NCBI GenBank assembly: GCA_040954595.2 | Contig: CM082587.2 | Span: 5,010,206 to 5,074,205, forward strand | Reading direction: 5' to 3' | Source: Balanoglossus misakiensis | Lineage: Eukaryota > Animalia > Hemichordata | DNA length: 64,000 nt | Part shown: positions 41,528 to 54,800 of the stretch, one piece after another | Layout: each line of letters starts with the position of its first letter | How positions within the stretch are numbered: position 1 is the stretch's first letter | Program-made: the position numbers and the translations under genes | Notes under the pieces: model-generated | Seen by the model: only the letters and a program-made list of their open reading frames with translations | The model's database searches: none | Told to the model about the DNA's origin: nothing

Positions 41528-44084
41528 ATGGCAACTGAAACGCTCAACCCGCTCGGCGTTCAGCGGGAGACGATGTACGACAATCCGCTACTAACGAAGG
41601 TAAGTGGCCCACTTCCGTAGTTTTTTACACAGCTGATTTGTACTGATTACCGAGTACAAAATAGAACGGCTGATCCGAAATCGTGCACGTCTTCGTACTT
41701 TCAAAGCAGTAATTGTTATTTGACGTGTGACTGAAACGTAATCTAAAATCACTGTGAATTTTCACAGCAGATCTGCCCGGCTAGCTTGCTTTCGTACGTT
41801 ACAATATTAAATTTATCTTGGCGCTAGAAGCTTGCTGGCCGATGAACAAAAATAACATTGTCGCGTCGTCACGTCTGCTTCACAACAGAAATTTGCCTGT
41901 CGTCGACATTTTATGCAAGAGTGCCTGTATCCCAAAACGATAGGGCATCGACTGCTGTAGTATAGCTTTGACTCTGACTGGAAATGATCAGTTTCAGTGT
42001 CAACCTGATCTCGCCTTGTTCATTTCAACACGTCATTTGGCCCCGCTGCAGGGCCTTGTACTTGTACTTGTACTCGGTTACTAACCGTGACCATTTACCA
42101 CCTTTGGAAACACAAACAGGCCATTGACACTTGTGTCAGTGCTGTCCCCGATCCCGACAATCGACGGTTTGGTATTTGGACCCATTGATGATCTTTTTAG
42201 CAAACAATAACTCCATCAAACTGCGAACACTACAGGCATCCCATTCCAATAAACACAAGAGACGAAACAAAATCACCACAGCCACTGTGATTATAAAACT
42301 TACACCGTCAATATTCATCCCAGTGTCAAATTGTAAGTCTGTGATTTTAACATCAGAAACATAGTTATTCAGACCAACTTTATCATCAAAATTTTAAATC
42401 ACCACTCTATAAAACTTAATAATATTAGGCTATGTGGTCTTTAGGAGAGGAAATCCAAGGGGATCCTTTGAAAACAAATGTAAACAAAGTGGTGTTGAGT
42501 ATTCTTGTAAGAATGCTATAAATTAAATATGAGCATAATTCACATCTCAGATGACTTAGTATAGTCAGTGCACTGACTAAGATGGTCAAATCTCACTGGG
42601 TTACAAGGTTCTTTTTTATGCCCCTGGTACTTAAACACCTGTTTGTTATCTGATGTCAGAAAGAAAAGGAATGATATCAGAGAGAACTTTGTGAGACCAC
42701 AGCATGATTAATGAGTAAAAGCAGTGAGAATTGGCATTAACCTTATTTGCAGTTGCAGGAAGGAATGATACAGGTACACAGAATGCATGATACTGTGCAA
42801 TAACCACCTGTTGAATTGGTGGCTTGACCTTTCACCTCAACTGTCTGAAACTTATGCCCTACTGTTTCCATGGTTGCGGCCATGCATAGCAAAAAAGGCA
42901 GTACATTGAGTCTGAGACTCAATTATATTGACTTCCCATCACATCACTCCAATAATTCCTCCTCTTAACTTCACAGCCTCAGCTGGGTCTTGCCTTGAAG
43001 AGGGGATTCGCTCTGCCGCCCGCCAACTTCACGTACGGCAGACCGAACGGCAGCAAAGACGGCGGCGCGGCCGAGGCAGTCTCCGGATGGACGGGCCTGT
43101 CTTCGTTTCCCATCATGCACAAGGAGAAGAAACTGGACAGGGACTTTATCGCGCTCAACAAAGCGGCCGTCAACGCCGGACTGGTGACGGCCCCCGAACA
43201 GTACCAGTACAGAGCCACACACGACGTGCGGCGCAGGGTCTCGGAGGAGGAGAAAAACAAAGTGAGAACAAGGAGAATTCCGGCATCGATGACATTTGGG
43301 GTTTCAACAAGGTATATTCGGCATTTCTTACTCCTATATCTTCAGTAAATAATACCTTTCCACATAGTGACAGAATCATGCATGATTTTCCATACCAGAA
43401 TTCCTCAGTGGCAATTTCTGTGACAAAACCAAACATTATAATTCAGTTTTTTTTCAGGAAATACATAACAAAATGGGTTTTCCTGAATAACTGGACCCAA
43501 TTCAAATTTGAACTTCCCCTTTAGTGTTTTCTGTAATGCCACTGCTTTTTATTGATCCATCTGAAATCATTGGCTTGCTTCCAACAGACCTTCCACTCCT
43601 GTATTTGATTTACTTGAACACAAATACCAAGACCGCTGGCTACAAGACAGAAGGAAAACAGAACTTGTCAAGAGGGAAAAAATCCAACAGAAGGTAGGCC
43701 AGATCAGAGTAAAAAAAACTTTCTCATATTTATTGTGTGTTTGTCAAGAAGGGGTTTCAGGTTCGATTCCATCCAAGCGTTCACCAAAACAGTCACAGTT
43801 AAACGGTATTCAATGTCCGCGTTTTCGTCTAATCTTTCCAGACGCTGACAAACAAGGGAATCTACGAAACAAGAACGTCTTTGTTGAGGAAATACGCGCC
43901 GCCAATCGACCCGCCGCCACTCTGGCAGCTGCCCAAGTTCCAGAGGGGGAAAGCCTCCTCGGCGCACCTGGAAACGTACCGCTCCGGTGGCGCTAAAGAT
44001 ATCGCCTTTAAACACCACGCCACAGACTCCACCTCCCGACGAGGCGTCTTCGGACACGGAATCTACGAACCTGCCAGCTGTTAG
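41528..44084 (+). CDS. CFAP77: Cilia- and flagella-associated protein 77 (~251 aa)
   Basis: Exons 41528-41599, 42977-43311, 43588-43693, 43842-44084; 756 nt in frame. Motifs NPLLTKPQLG, FTYG...DGGAAEAVSGW, RDFIALNKAAV..GLVTAPE, MTFGVSTRPSTPVFDLLEHKY, LWQLPKF. Confidence 0.92.
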
Positions 44085-46699
44085 AGCCAAGGAAGAAAAC
44101 AAACCATACGTACATTTCTACTTGAAACGGCAACAGTTGATTTTTCATTTTTCTGAGGAAATTTCACAAGAAAATTTGACCGGGTTTAACCAAGGGTACA
44201 CATGAATGTGATATTTATTCATTGGATGCAGTGAACATTGGTATGTGAAAAAAAATATGGCACGTGAAAAGCGTATTTTTGAAGTTGTGATTTTTTTTTT
44301 ACCTTTGGAAGAAGAGAGCCATAACTCTCCGAGAATGAGTTGAGGACAACAGCCTTTCAGCAAGATTTTGTCCAACTCATTGAGTAGTGATGCAGGATCC
44401 CATAGTGGCCACTTTTACTCATATACATGTATCTTTGTTCTATTTTCCATTCCAATTTCAGAGAATGCAATTTTATACATGAATACTGGTAACGAAAACA
44501 TGGAAATATTTCACCAATAGTGCTAACACATTTAAATTGGCAAGATCAGAGAGGACACTAAATTACTTCACATTCTGTCCTGTGAGGGCGCTTTGTGTCA
44601 TCTATATTATTACATGTAGTGGAGTGAACGAACCCTCTATACACTCAACAGAGAAACTTCAGTTGTCACATTCCAAATTCCTAAAATCATGATTTTTTGC
44701 AAGATATAATGCCAGCAGAAAAGTAATTGACAAATTGGAAATTAGTGCAATGAAGTACAGCGTTTGATTGCAGATTATACAAATGCGCATAGGGTGCTGA
44801 TGCAGTAATTATCTCAGCGAAGGCTTTGAAAATATATTTATACTCATCTCAAGGTTTGAAAATAGAATTATGTCATAGCATTGATTATTGATAAGGACAC
44901 AAAAAAGGCTTGTGCTGCAAGATCCGTAATTACCTATCAGTATTTTCAAACTCCGTCCAGTTGCTCTTTAAACATTAGTGTGTGCTTGACGTTCATTTTC
45001 ACATTTTTACAATTATGTCACTTTTTTGGTATTGTGCTGATGACAAAGTATTATCACATAGATTTGTGAGCATATTTTGAGTTGTAGCTGCTTGCTTTCC
45101 ATGTCTGGTTTTCTTGCTGATGCCTGAAGTTGATCAAAATGCTGTGTGGTATTTTGGCTGCACAAGACCAGGGCTTCTCGGAGGTTATTTGGAAGTCATT
45201 TTGTCTTGAAACAGTTCAAAGGCTGTTTCTTAAAGGGGTCACATTTACATTTACAGAAATGCTTTCATGCGAAATACATTATACACTGCAGGCAAATCAC
45301 CAGTAGAGATATGGATTGCATTATTGTGAAATAATTCAAGGCATTATCGTTCTGAGCAGCATTAGTACATTGTATATGCCCAAAGAAATTAACACACACG
45401 CACACATGCAAGTATACATGCACACACACTTACAATACCACAAATTGCTACAATGTCCAATACAAATGTATCCCTTGTATTACTGTTGTAAGTATGCAAG
45501 TTATGAACAACTTGAATTTAAAGATTGTAAATATTTTTTTTTTGCTTTTTATGTGTGAATTTTAATAAACATTTGAAAACAAACGTTTTGCCTTGATATG
45601 ACAGCATTTGTTAAAGGGTTGCAGCTACCATTTTCAACATATATTTGTTATAAGATTGTTCTGAATTTGACTATACTTATTTACCTATTACTTTTCATTT
45701 GGAATGAAACTAGAGTTAAATGTATTTAAAATGTTTTCTGTTGTGATTTACGTGAGCTACCCCAAAGAAGGGAGGGTGCTCGAAACAGCGCCCCTATACT
45801 ACCATTGAGCGTCGCCCCTTGTTTTTATCACGCACGTGTACGAGCGCATTTCATGGCTGACACGGTTGTCCAAGAACTGGTTGCATGTACGAGTACTACT
45901 TTTTTCTTTGTCTGTGCCCTTGGGCACAAATGACGTAAACCGCGTTAAGCAGGTTGTCAACGAAACACGATACATCACATGCAGCCACTTGTCTTAATAG
46001 AAGGCTACAGTGCTTGTATTGGTAAAATAGGCCTAAGCAAATAACACCCTGACGTTGCCTTAGCTTGTCTGCTTTTAGACCAGGAGTATTACTTATTATA
46101 CCTTGGTATATTATAATTTGTAACAAAATCAAACTGCCTAACAAAATGACCTTGTTGTAAATCGCAAAGACTTCGTGAAGAGAGCCGACTCTAATTCTCC
46201 TGGCCCAAACATGATTATATCGTATAGACTTCTAACTGTCTATGCATTGATTACTAGTACATTATGAGTGGCAACACAATAGACGACGGTGCGCGCTGGC
46301 ACCTTTTGTGCGAGGTGTCAGATGACGGCCTCGTGATGAAGGTCTGCTGGAACGGCGGTCCCAGTCACGAGGTGCAGCTGCTGCTCTTGTGAAGGGAGAA
46401 GGTATTGAAACGATGGAAAGCTGTGATCGGATGCAGCAGTTGGCCTAGAAGAGTCAACACGACACACTTTTAATAGCATATGTGTTAAGGGGGTGTGGGT
46501 AACTAAAGCACTACAGACGCAACCCCAAACTTTTCCTGAACTTTTGAAGTTTGGAAGTGCGCAAATGTGACAACGGATGCTTTGAATCTTGGCACACCCC
46601 TCCACAAATGCACCACAAAAAAACAAAATGCAGTAAAAAAAATTAAACGTTGTGTCCACGGCACCGCCTGGTTCGCATGGTACGGAAACACCCTTTCCA

Positions 46700-46822
46700 T
46701 CTTAATTATCTACGACCCCTAAAGTCAACCCTGCGTGACAGTCACCTGGTTATGACGTAGTTCTAAGTCGCACTATATAATTGCGGGTCCGGTGACCTAT
46801 TGGAACACACGCTCCAGCCAGT
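46700..46822 (+). promoter_or_regulatory. Core promoter of ependymin-related gene 1
   Basis: TGACGTA (46753) and TATATAA (46774). The block is conserved upstream of paralog 2 (TGACGTA 49386, TATAAA 49405). Confidence 0.6.
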
Positions 46823-48691
46823 ATGAAGACGGCAGTTGTCCTCCTCTCCTCGCTCGCCTACGCGACCGCCTACATCTGCTGCCCTCCAACTAAATGGGAG
46901 GGCATGTTTGGCGAATCCGGCGGCTATGTGGTGGACAAAACAAGACAAACCGGAACGTTTACCTTTGGCGCTCTGTTTCACCAAGACATAGCTATCCAGA
47001 AGACCGCTATCGAAAGTTACCATCTCAAAATAATACAAGACTTTGCGAAAGTAAGTGTACAGTTTTGTTTCCCTATGCAGTGCTGTACTGCTGTACGCGT
47101 ACGTGCTACTGTAGTTACCCCCCCGCCCTTATATGTCGGTCACGATGCACACCCCAGGTCTTTCTGTGCAAGTCCCATTTCACTCTCTCCCTTCAATCAC
47201 ATCAGTGCTTTATTTTCACGGGGATGAATGGCCCTGAAAAGCGCATGACTTACTTAGACATTCTTATACATTGCATACATTTATTAGAGCATGTCCAGCC
47301 GAGAAAAGCACAATCAATGCAAGTCAAGGGCTTTTCCAAAATCATTTTCCAAAGGGGTCCGCGTTTGCGAATCGACGTCACCCCAAAGACTTTTGCTCAC
47401 GTATTTGGCTGTACTGGAACTGTATATACCCATGGACGTTTTCAAGGATGAAACAAAGGCCATTTGTTTTCCACATAAGGTCGTTGCCCTTACCAGGTTG
47501 ACTTCGACGCCTGATATGATATTACGCGAGAGTTTGTTGCTGCTCGCGGCTTCGCTAAAGCGAGATCATAGTTCATTTCTAGCGTTCATTTCCTTCAGAA
47601 AATCCAATACATGATCCACAAAGGCGTGTGCACGAAGACAAGACTACAAGGGTCGGCTGAAGACAATCTCTGCATTCCAGGTAAGAATGAGACTGCGCCG
47701 GAAAGTGATTGGCCAGCTGTGATGAACGCAGAATTTGAGAGGAGGGGGGAGGCGAAAATGAAGCCTGTCCTCATCGATGTCACCACTAGTCATTGAATAC
47801 CAACTATTCTTCTTTCCGCAGACCATGCCCGATACCTGAACACACTGACATATCAAGTAGGTGACTTCGTTACTGACAACTACGTGTATGAAGTCACTCA
47901 GCAGGGGATGAAGACAAAGCTGCTGATGAACGTGGAGCGCACCATGTGCATTCCTTTTGGATTCCAAGGACTGGCTCACACACCTGACGGTAAGTTCAGT
48001 TTTTGTAGTCCAACTCGAAGCCAAACTCAACTTGAAACTTTTGCACAGCCACGTCTGTAAAACAAGTTCTAACTTTCTAGCTTTTCCGTGACAAGGAAAC
48101 AAAAGGCCCACCTGCAAGTCGCATTGCAAAAATCAATATCACACGTTGTGAAATGTCTGTTTACTGACAGGACTTTCAGAGACACGTTCAAAAATGTCAG
48201 ATTGGTCCAGATTTCTTGGTGACATTTGCTAAGTCTCCCCGCGTGGTTCATATTGTCTGATGTCATCGTGTACTCATTTTGTTTTGCACGTATGTTGTTG
48301 TCCCTCCAGCGACTGCAATCTTTAGCGGAGGATACTTCAACACAACCTCCAGCGTCAAGGACCCGTCCGTGTTCGACGTTCCAGATGTCTGCAAGAACAG
48401 CTCCATTCCAATCAAGGTAAACGACCCTAGTCTCGCCGTGAATCTCTGCGTTAATGAATACATACACTCGCGGCAATTCCATTTTCTGAGCGCCGCGTCG
48501 TTGGCTGTGGCCAGCGGGCTTTACTCAAGTAAAACCTACGTCAAACTCGGCACTGGATGGGATTTATTATAGTATACATTATCTTGGACTGTCCAATTCA
48601 TATATCGTTTTTCTTTCAGGAGCCAGACGCCGAGACCACGTCTCACTTCATAGAGGCCTTGGTCAGCACCTTCGATGAGACCTGGTGGTGA
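46823..48691 (+). CDS. Ependymin-related secreted protein, copy 1 (~218 aa)
   Basis: Exons 46823-47050, 47599-47680, 47822-47989, 48310-48416, 48620-48691; 657 nt in frame. Signal peptide, CCPPTKWEG, C-x-K, CIP, CIPF and KDPSVFDVPDVC match the ependymin pattern. Confidence 0.88.
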
Positions 48692-49329
48692 ACGTTTATG
48701 CCAGAGAATTGGAGAATTGAAACACAGAACTAATAGATATTCCTATATCTAGTATCATTTAATGTAACACATGTTTAATATACTCCCTCGTGACATTTAA
48801 AGTTGTGTTTTCCACATTTGCTATACCCGTATTGTTAGGTTATGCTAGCTGAACTAAATGTGCACGTGTTATTTTTGGTTAACAATCTTTCCAGTTGGGT
48901 AACTTCATCGTTACAACACTACTGTAACAACAGACGGTAATATTGTGCGAATAAAACATCTATGCGAGATGTTGTCAGCTTGAAGAAAAAAACGCATGCA
49001 TTGCGGCATCTTATGTAATTCGAATTGTCGTATTTTATATGAAAACAAATAAAACGTGAACGTGCACTTTTTAACATACATCGTGTGAATAATTCCGACC
49101 CCCCCCCCCCCCCCCCCATACTGAGATCATGGAGGTACTACTAGTATTTTCCATGAAAGAATTCGCCCACAAATCCCTGAAATTGGATATTTATTTAGAC
49201 GGGGCATGATCGACAGCAACTGAAGGATCCTGGTAGGTCGTGGCGACTGCAGTGCATGCATGGGGTTTGCACTGCCATGGGACGACATACAAGGGGGGGG
49301 GGGGCACCAACGCGGCGCGACGACCCCTT

Positions 49330-49452
49330 CCCCGTAATTATTCACGACCCCTAAGTCAACACTGCGTATAACAGTAACCTCGTTGTGACGTAAACATCAA
49401 GGTGTATAAATATCAGACCCGGTGACTAACTGGTTCACACGCTCCAGCCAGT
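49330..49452 (+). promoter_or_regulatory. Core promoter of ependymin-related gene 2 (duplicate of 46700-46822)
   Basis: Shares CGACCCCTAA-GTCAAC-CTGCGT, TGACGTA, a TATA box and CCGGTGAC with the copy 1 promoter. Confidence 0.6.
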
Positions 49453-51344
49453 ATGAAGACGGCAGTTGTCCTCCTCCTCTCTTCGCTCGCCTACGCGACC
49501 GCCTACATCTGCTGCCCTCCAACTCAGTGGGAGGGCATGTTTGATGAGGCGGGTGGCTACGTGGTCAACAGAACGGGACAAACCGACGTGTACACCTATG
49601 GTACTGTATTTCACCACGACCTGTCTATCCAGAAGGTCGCCTTCGAAGGTCCCGATCTCAAAGTAGTACAAAACTTTGCGACAGTAAGTGGACAGTTTTG
49701 TTTCTCTATTTTGCTAGGTATCCGGGTCATACTTTTTACTGCTACAGTTATCACCCCCCCCCCCCCGCCTCCAATGTCGGCCACATTCATGATGCACAAC
49801 CCAGTTCTGTCTGCTCAAGTCCCATTTCACAATCTCCCTTCAATACATGTCAGTGCGTCGGCCTTGTTTGAACTGTGATCCACATTTTAATATTGGAGCA
49901 CGCTCATGAATGGATCGACAGTACCACCGTGAAAAGCGCAACGAATGCAACAGTCAAGGGCATTTCCAAAAAACATTTTAAGAGGGTCTCCGGTCGCAAA
50001 TCCTCAAATCGACATTACGCCCGAGATTATCCTCCTATGAAATGCCCATTTTCCCCAAAAGGTCGTTGCCTTCGCCATATTGACTTTGACATGACAGTAC
50101 GTTTGTCCCACAGTTGCATGGGAGTTGTTCGTTGTTTACACTGCGGTACGCTCCTATGAGATGACTCATAGGCGCAATCGCAGGGTAAGTGGTGGTAAAA
50201 ACAAACAACTTCTATGCGACTGTGGTTTGTGCGATGACATCATTACTCGACAATTCCCGTTGTCACGACGACATCTGTTGCTTCTCTTTATAGCAAGATC
50301 AAAAGTTGATTTGTAGTGTTCATATATCCTTCAGAAAATCCAATACACGGTCAGCAGTGGCGTGTGCACGAAGATGATACTGCGGGGGTCAGCCGAAGAT
50401 AGTGTCTGTATTCCGGGTAAGAGAGTTAGTCCGTGTTTGAAAGCGAGTTCGAGGAGGTGAGTGGCGACAAAGTATGACACAAGCATCGAGAAAATGCACA
50501 GTGCCGGAACATACGTTGCTGTACATGTTCCGTCATGCTTCTTTGGTCAAAGGGTCGTACGATCTTAGTACCTCCATGGTACGATTAACACCGCCCTCAA
50601 TGATGTCACCACTGGGCATTAAACTCTAATCGTCCTTCTTTCCGCAGACCATGCCCGATACGTGAACACGCTGCATTACCAATCGGGTGACGTAATAACC
50701 GACAACTACGCGTATCAAATCACACAGCAGGGAATAAAGAAAGATATAACGATAAACGTAGAGCGAACAACGTGCATTCCCTTTGGAATTCAAGGAATTT
50801 CTTACACACCTGTCAGTAAGTTTATAAAACTCAAACTAGACTCAGTTTCAAATTCAAATATTGTACAGTCACGTCATAAAATAAGCTGTCGAATTCCTGA
50901 AGATTCTGTGGCGACGACTTTGAGAAATACATTTTCACCAAGTCATCTGTTTGGTTATCGGATTTCTCGATTACATAATCTCCTATATCTACCTTAGACA
51001 GCTGCAAACGTTCTCATGCATTATGGGTTTTTTTTTCAGCGACTACCGTCTACAGTGCAGTATACTTCAACACAACCTCCAGTATCAAAGACCCGTCCGT
51101 GTTCGACGTTCCAGATGTCTGCCAGAACGTAAACAGCTCCATTCCAATCAAAGTAAACGAACCTTGTCTCGCCTTGAACCTTGTCTTGAGTCTTGTGTTG
51201 ATGAATACACTCGCGGCAATTTTCTGAGCGCCACGTCGTTGGCTGTAAAACCTTCGTCAAACTCGGCCAATTCATATATCGTCTTTCTTTCAGGAGCTAG
51301 ACGCCGAGACCACGTCAAACTCCATTGATCAGCTTCTTCGATAA
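49453..51344 (+). CDS. Ependymin-related secreted protein, copy 2 (~214 aa, frameshifted last exon)
   Basis: Exons 49453-49683, 50335-50416, 50648-50815, 51040-51152, 51294-51344; same exon structure and phases as copy 1; 645 nt in frame. Confidence 0.86.
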
Positions 51345-51377
51345 AACCTGGTGGTGAAAGGTTATGGCTGGAATTGG

Positions 51378-51580
51378 TAGCCTGGCTCCAGACCAGTGTG
51401 TTTTAGAAGTGAAATTGTAATAAAGCTCAATTAGCTGTATGGTATTGCCATGTTTTAGTCATTTTTGCTCTGTGTATCGACTGCAGTTTCTTGCCCGGGG
51501 AGTTTTCTATAGTATTTCCCCAGACCCTCTTTCTGGAGTGCCCAACGGAAGAAGCGGAGGGGTCTGGGTAACCGAGACTA
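51378..51580. mobile_element. Diverged AcademH-like non-autonomous element related to 19033-19488
   Basis: Right end 51509-51580 (...CCCCAGACCCT...TTCTGGAG...GTCTGGGTAACCGAGACTA) aligns with 19421-19488. Left end TAGCCTGGCTCCAGACC. No clear TSD. Confidence 0.7.
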
Positions 51581-51879
51581 CAAACAGTTGGCTAACGTAT
51601 ACATTACTTGAGTTGGCCCTCCGTCTATTTATGGACAGTGGACAGGGTTCCCGAAATTCCCATAAAATAACTTCATCGAGGTTTGCTAAACTATGGAGTT
51701 ATAGTTTTAGTCCGTCATCATGGAACTCCATAAAAAATCAGTTACTTTTATAGACTGTATATTTTCATAATTACAATAACAGTTGAATATTTTTCAAAAT
51801 CAGCATTAGTAGACGTGATATACGTTTTGCGTCCGAGTTTACTCGGTACTTCCCGTAGAGATATTATTTCGAGCAAATT

Positions 51880-54800
51880 CTACTTGATGTACGCACGGTC
51901 GAAGAAATGCTTCATAGCCTCAGCGAGTCTCTCTGCTCCGTTCACAAGTTCTTCTTCTTGGAGGTACGCAATGGTGAGACGGAGACAATTTTGGCATTTT
52001 CCGTCTGGCGAGAAGCTGCAGAAAGCAAACGGAAATTGCCGAAAAGGATAGTTCAGGGGTCGGAGATACTTCATAAAGCTGCTAGACTACTTCACCAGTA
52101 TACGTCACGCTTTATTTTTCAATATGAACCATACAGTAACATAAGCTTATGCAGTTCCAATAGGCAGAAAGTCACCATACTGAATTTCGGCCGGCTACAC
52201 GAGATTCTAATCACCAATCAAAGCGACAACAAAAACTAAAAAGGAATGCCCAAGTCGGCAAATGAATTTGTTTCCGACGCTGTCTCGATAATCTAGCATA
52301 TATTACGCACTCCGAAGGCAAACGTAAAACGTCGTTACTAAATCACATAAGGTGGGGGTGGGGGGGGGGGGTGGTTGAAGGGTGTTCAACATATCGGTGC
52401 AGCTAATTTCAACTGGAAAGGTAACAAATGACATTCTGCATTTTTATTTCAAATGACTGCAAATTAGATGATCACGATAGTACTTACGCTTTTCCCAGTT
52501 GAAATGCTACTTTGAATTTCTCCTTGCAAAAATCTAGCAGCTCTGAGGAAGAGTACTGTTCGGGCAACACAATCCACACGTGATAGCCACCCTACAAAAA
52601 AGAATCATATCAGTGGTCACCTATAATTTACATATGTCTATTTATGGTGAAAAAGCGTGTCTGGGTCTTCATAGCCATGTGGGGGGGGGGGGGCACTTTC
52701 TTTCGCGTGTACCACCCACTGGTATAACAGTGATAAAATTTGCATTATTATGTTAACCTACACCTTTATAGCTAACTAGCCACTTCATACGCTGCCACCA
52801 TGATCACGCACGCGCACACATTTCACCGACTGGAAGTATGCGCGTTTCTGTACGTGCATATTGGCCGCGACAATGCTGTTGGGAAATGAGATTAAATAAC
52901 GCATGTAATACATACCTTTGGCTTCGTGAATTTCACCTCGGGTGGCAGCTCTCGTTCCAAGGCACCGATGAGGGCGTCCATGCGTTTCTGAAATAACAAT
53001 GACACAAAGTTCAGTTGTCATTCTGTTAGTGATTTAAAAAATAAAAATACAAACATTATTTACACGTATATACAGGATTTAATTCCATTAGTCGGATACC
53101 CCCCCCCCCCCCCAAAATGTGGAAACGATCAAAATGTATTGGCCACTGACATGCAACTTGATTATTCCGGGATTTCTTTTGACAATGAACGTTTGGAGCG
53201 TTGGGTTCAGGTGGATAAAATTAACGGGTGATGAATAATGCAATAATAAATCGGTTTTGTGCCAAGTCATCCTCATAACTGTATCATTGGTGTTCATCGG
53301 ATGACTTTCACCTTTCTATAATGTAGAATTGAATGTTATAATTTGTAACTATGTGATTCGTTGTTTGCATGTTTAGTTTTTTTGTATACACATTTATACC
53401 AGTTTACTAAAGAACAGATCATACCTTGTAGAGATTTCGCAAGTGTTTCAAATTATCAGTCACAAGTCCAAGACGGATTGCTGTTGCCATGACACCAGAT
53501 GTATACGCGTTGTGACCTGCACTACTGCAGAATACGCCACTTTGAAAAAAAGACGATAGTTTTGATGGTTGGTAAGATTTGCTAGCTGAGCAATACATAT
53601 TTGTGTACCCTGTATTATGTATGCCAGGTAAACACGCATATAAACCCCTTAGCTGGAAAACATTGAATTTCCGCAAGAGTACATGGTTTTGGCGTACGCA
53701 CAAAAACAATTTAAGAGCAATAAGATCCCAAGTTACCCAAATGTAAACTTTTAGCGATTCGTGATTGTGATTGGTTGATTTCCAAACCCGGGGCGATATT
53801 TACGAGAGAGATTCCAGTTACCTGGCTCTGATGATATCTTGCACGCGTCGCGGTAGTTCAAACCAGCCTATTCGGGTACTGGGCGCGAATATCTTCGAGA
53901 ATGATCCCACAGACACTACGTTCCCTTTGTAGTCGGCATCATCTTTATCGTCGTAAGCGAAAAGTCGCTTTGGGCAGACAAACTCGTTGGTGGCGCTGTC
54001 ACCTCGTGTGACATACGACAGAAGCTGATACACTTCATCGGCGATAATCAGAACATCGTGCTTTCTAGCCAACTTGACTAATTTCCGCCTGCGTTCTGCG
54101 GAAGTAAAGTCAGAAAAATACTCGTTTGAACTTTTAAAAATAAATATATGGAAAGTTTTAAAAATTCACGACTGAACATATGTAAAATAATATCAGCTAA
54201 GGAGTTCAGTAGCATTGACACTGATACTATCGGTATAGCAGCATAATGCAAGTGGCCATCATCGACTCACCTTCATCCAGTACACAACCTGTTGGGTTCT
54301 GAAAGCTGGTGATGACATACACAGCGGCCCAGAACGGTCTCTTATCGGATATCTGGTGCCTCGAACGAGGTCGATAAGCTGTGAGCAATTCGTCCAATAC
54401 ATCGACATCCATACCCTTTTCATCGATAGGGACTAGAACGGATGAAAATCACATACATTTTACACACAAAATTACTGTGATTTAATTTCAAAAATAAAAA
54501 AAGTTTTCTTTGTTTCACTCTATACATCGTCTTAATATGTAAATGTACCACACACTTGTTGTCTAATGATTTGGAAAGACAATGAGCCACAAACTTACTA
54601 TTGACGGTATTTATTCCCAGGTCCCTGAACATCATGATGCCGCCGGGAAAGGTTACCTCTGATTGGAATAAGAAGTCTCCGGTTTGTAGAAACAAACTGA
54701 CAAGATTATATAAACCTTGAATGGCGCCCGAAATGCACACCAAATCATCACTGCAGGGTGAAAAAAGGGGGGAAAGTGGCATCTTGTTTACTAATAAAAT

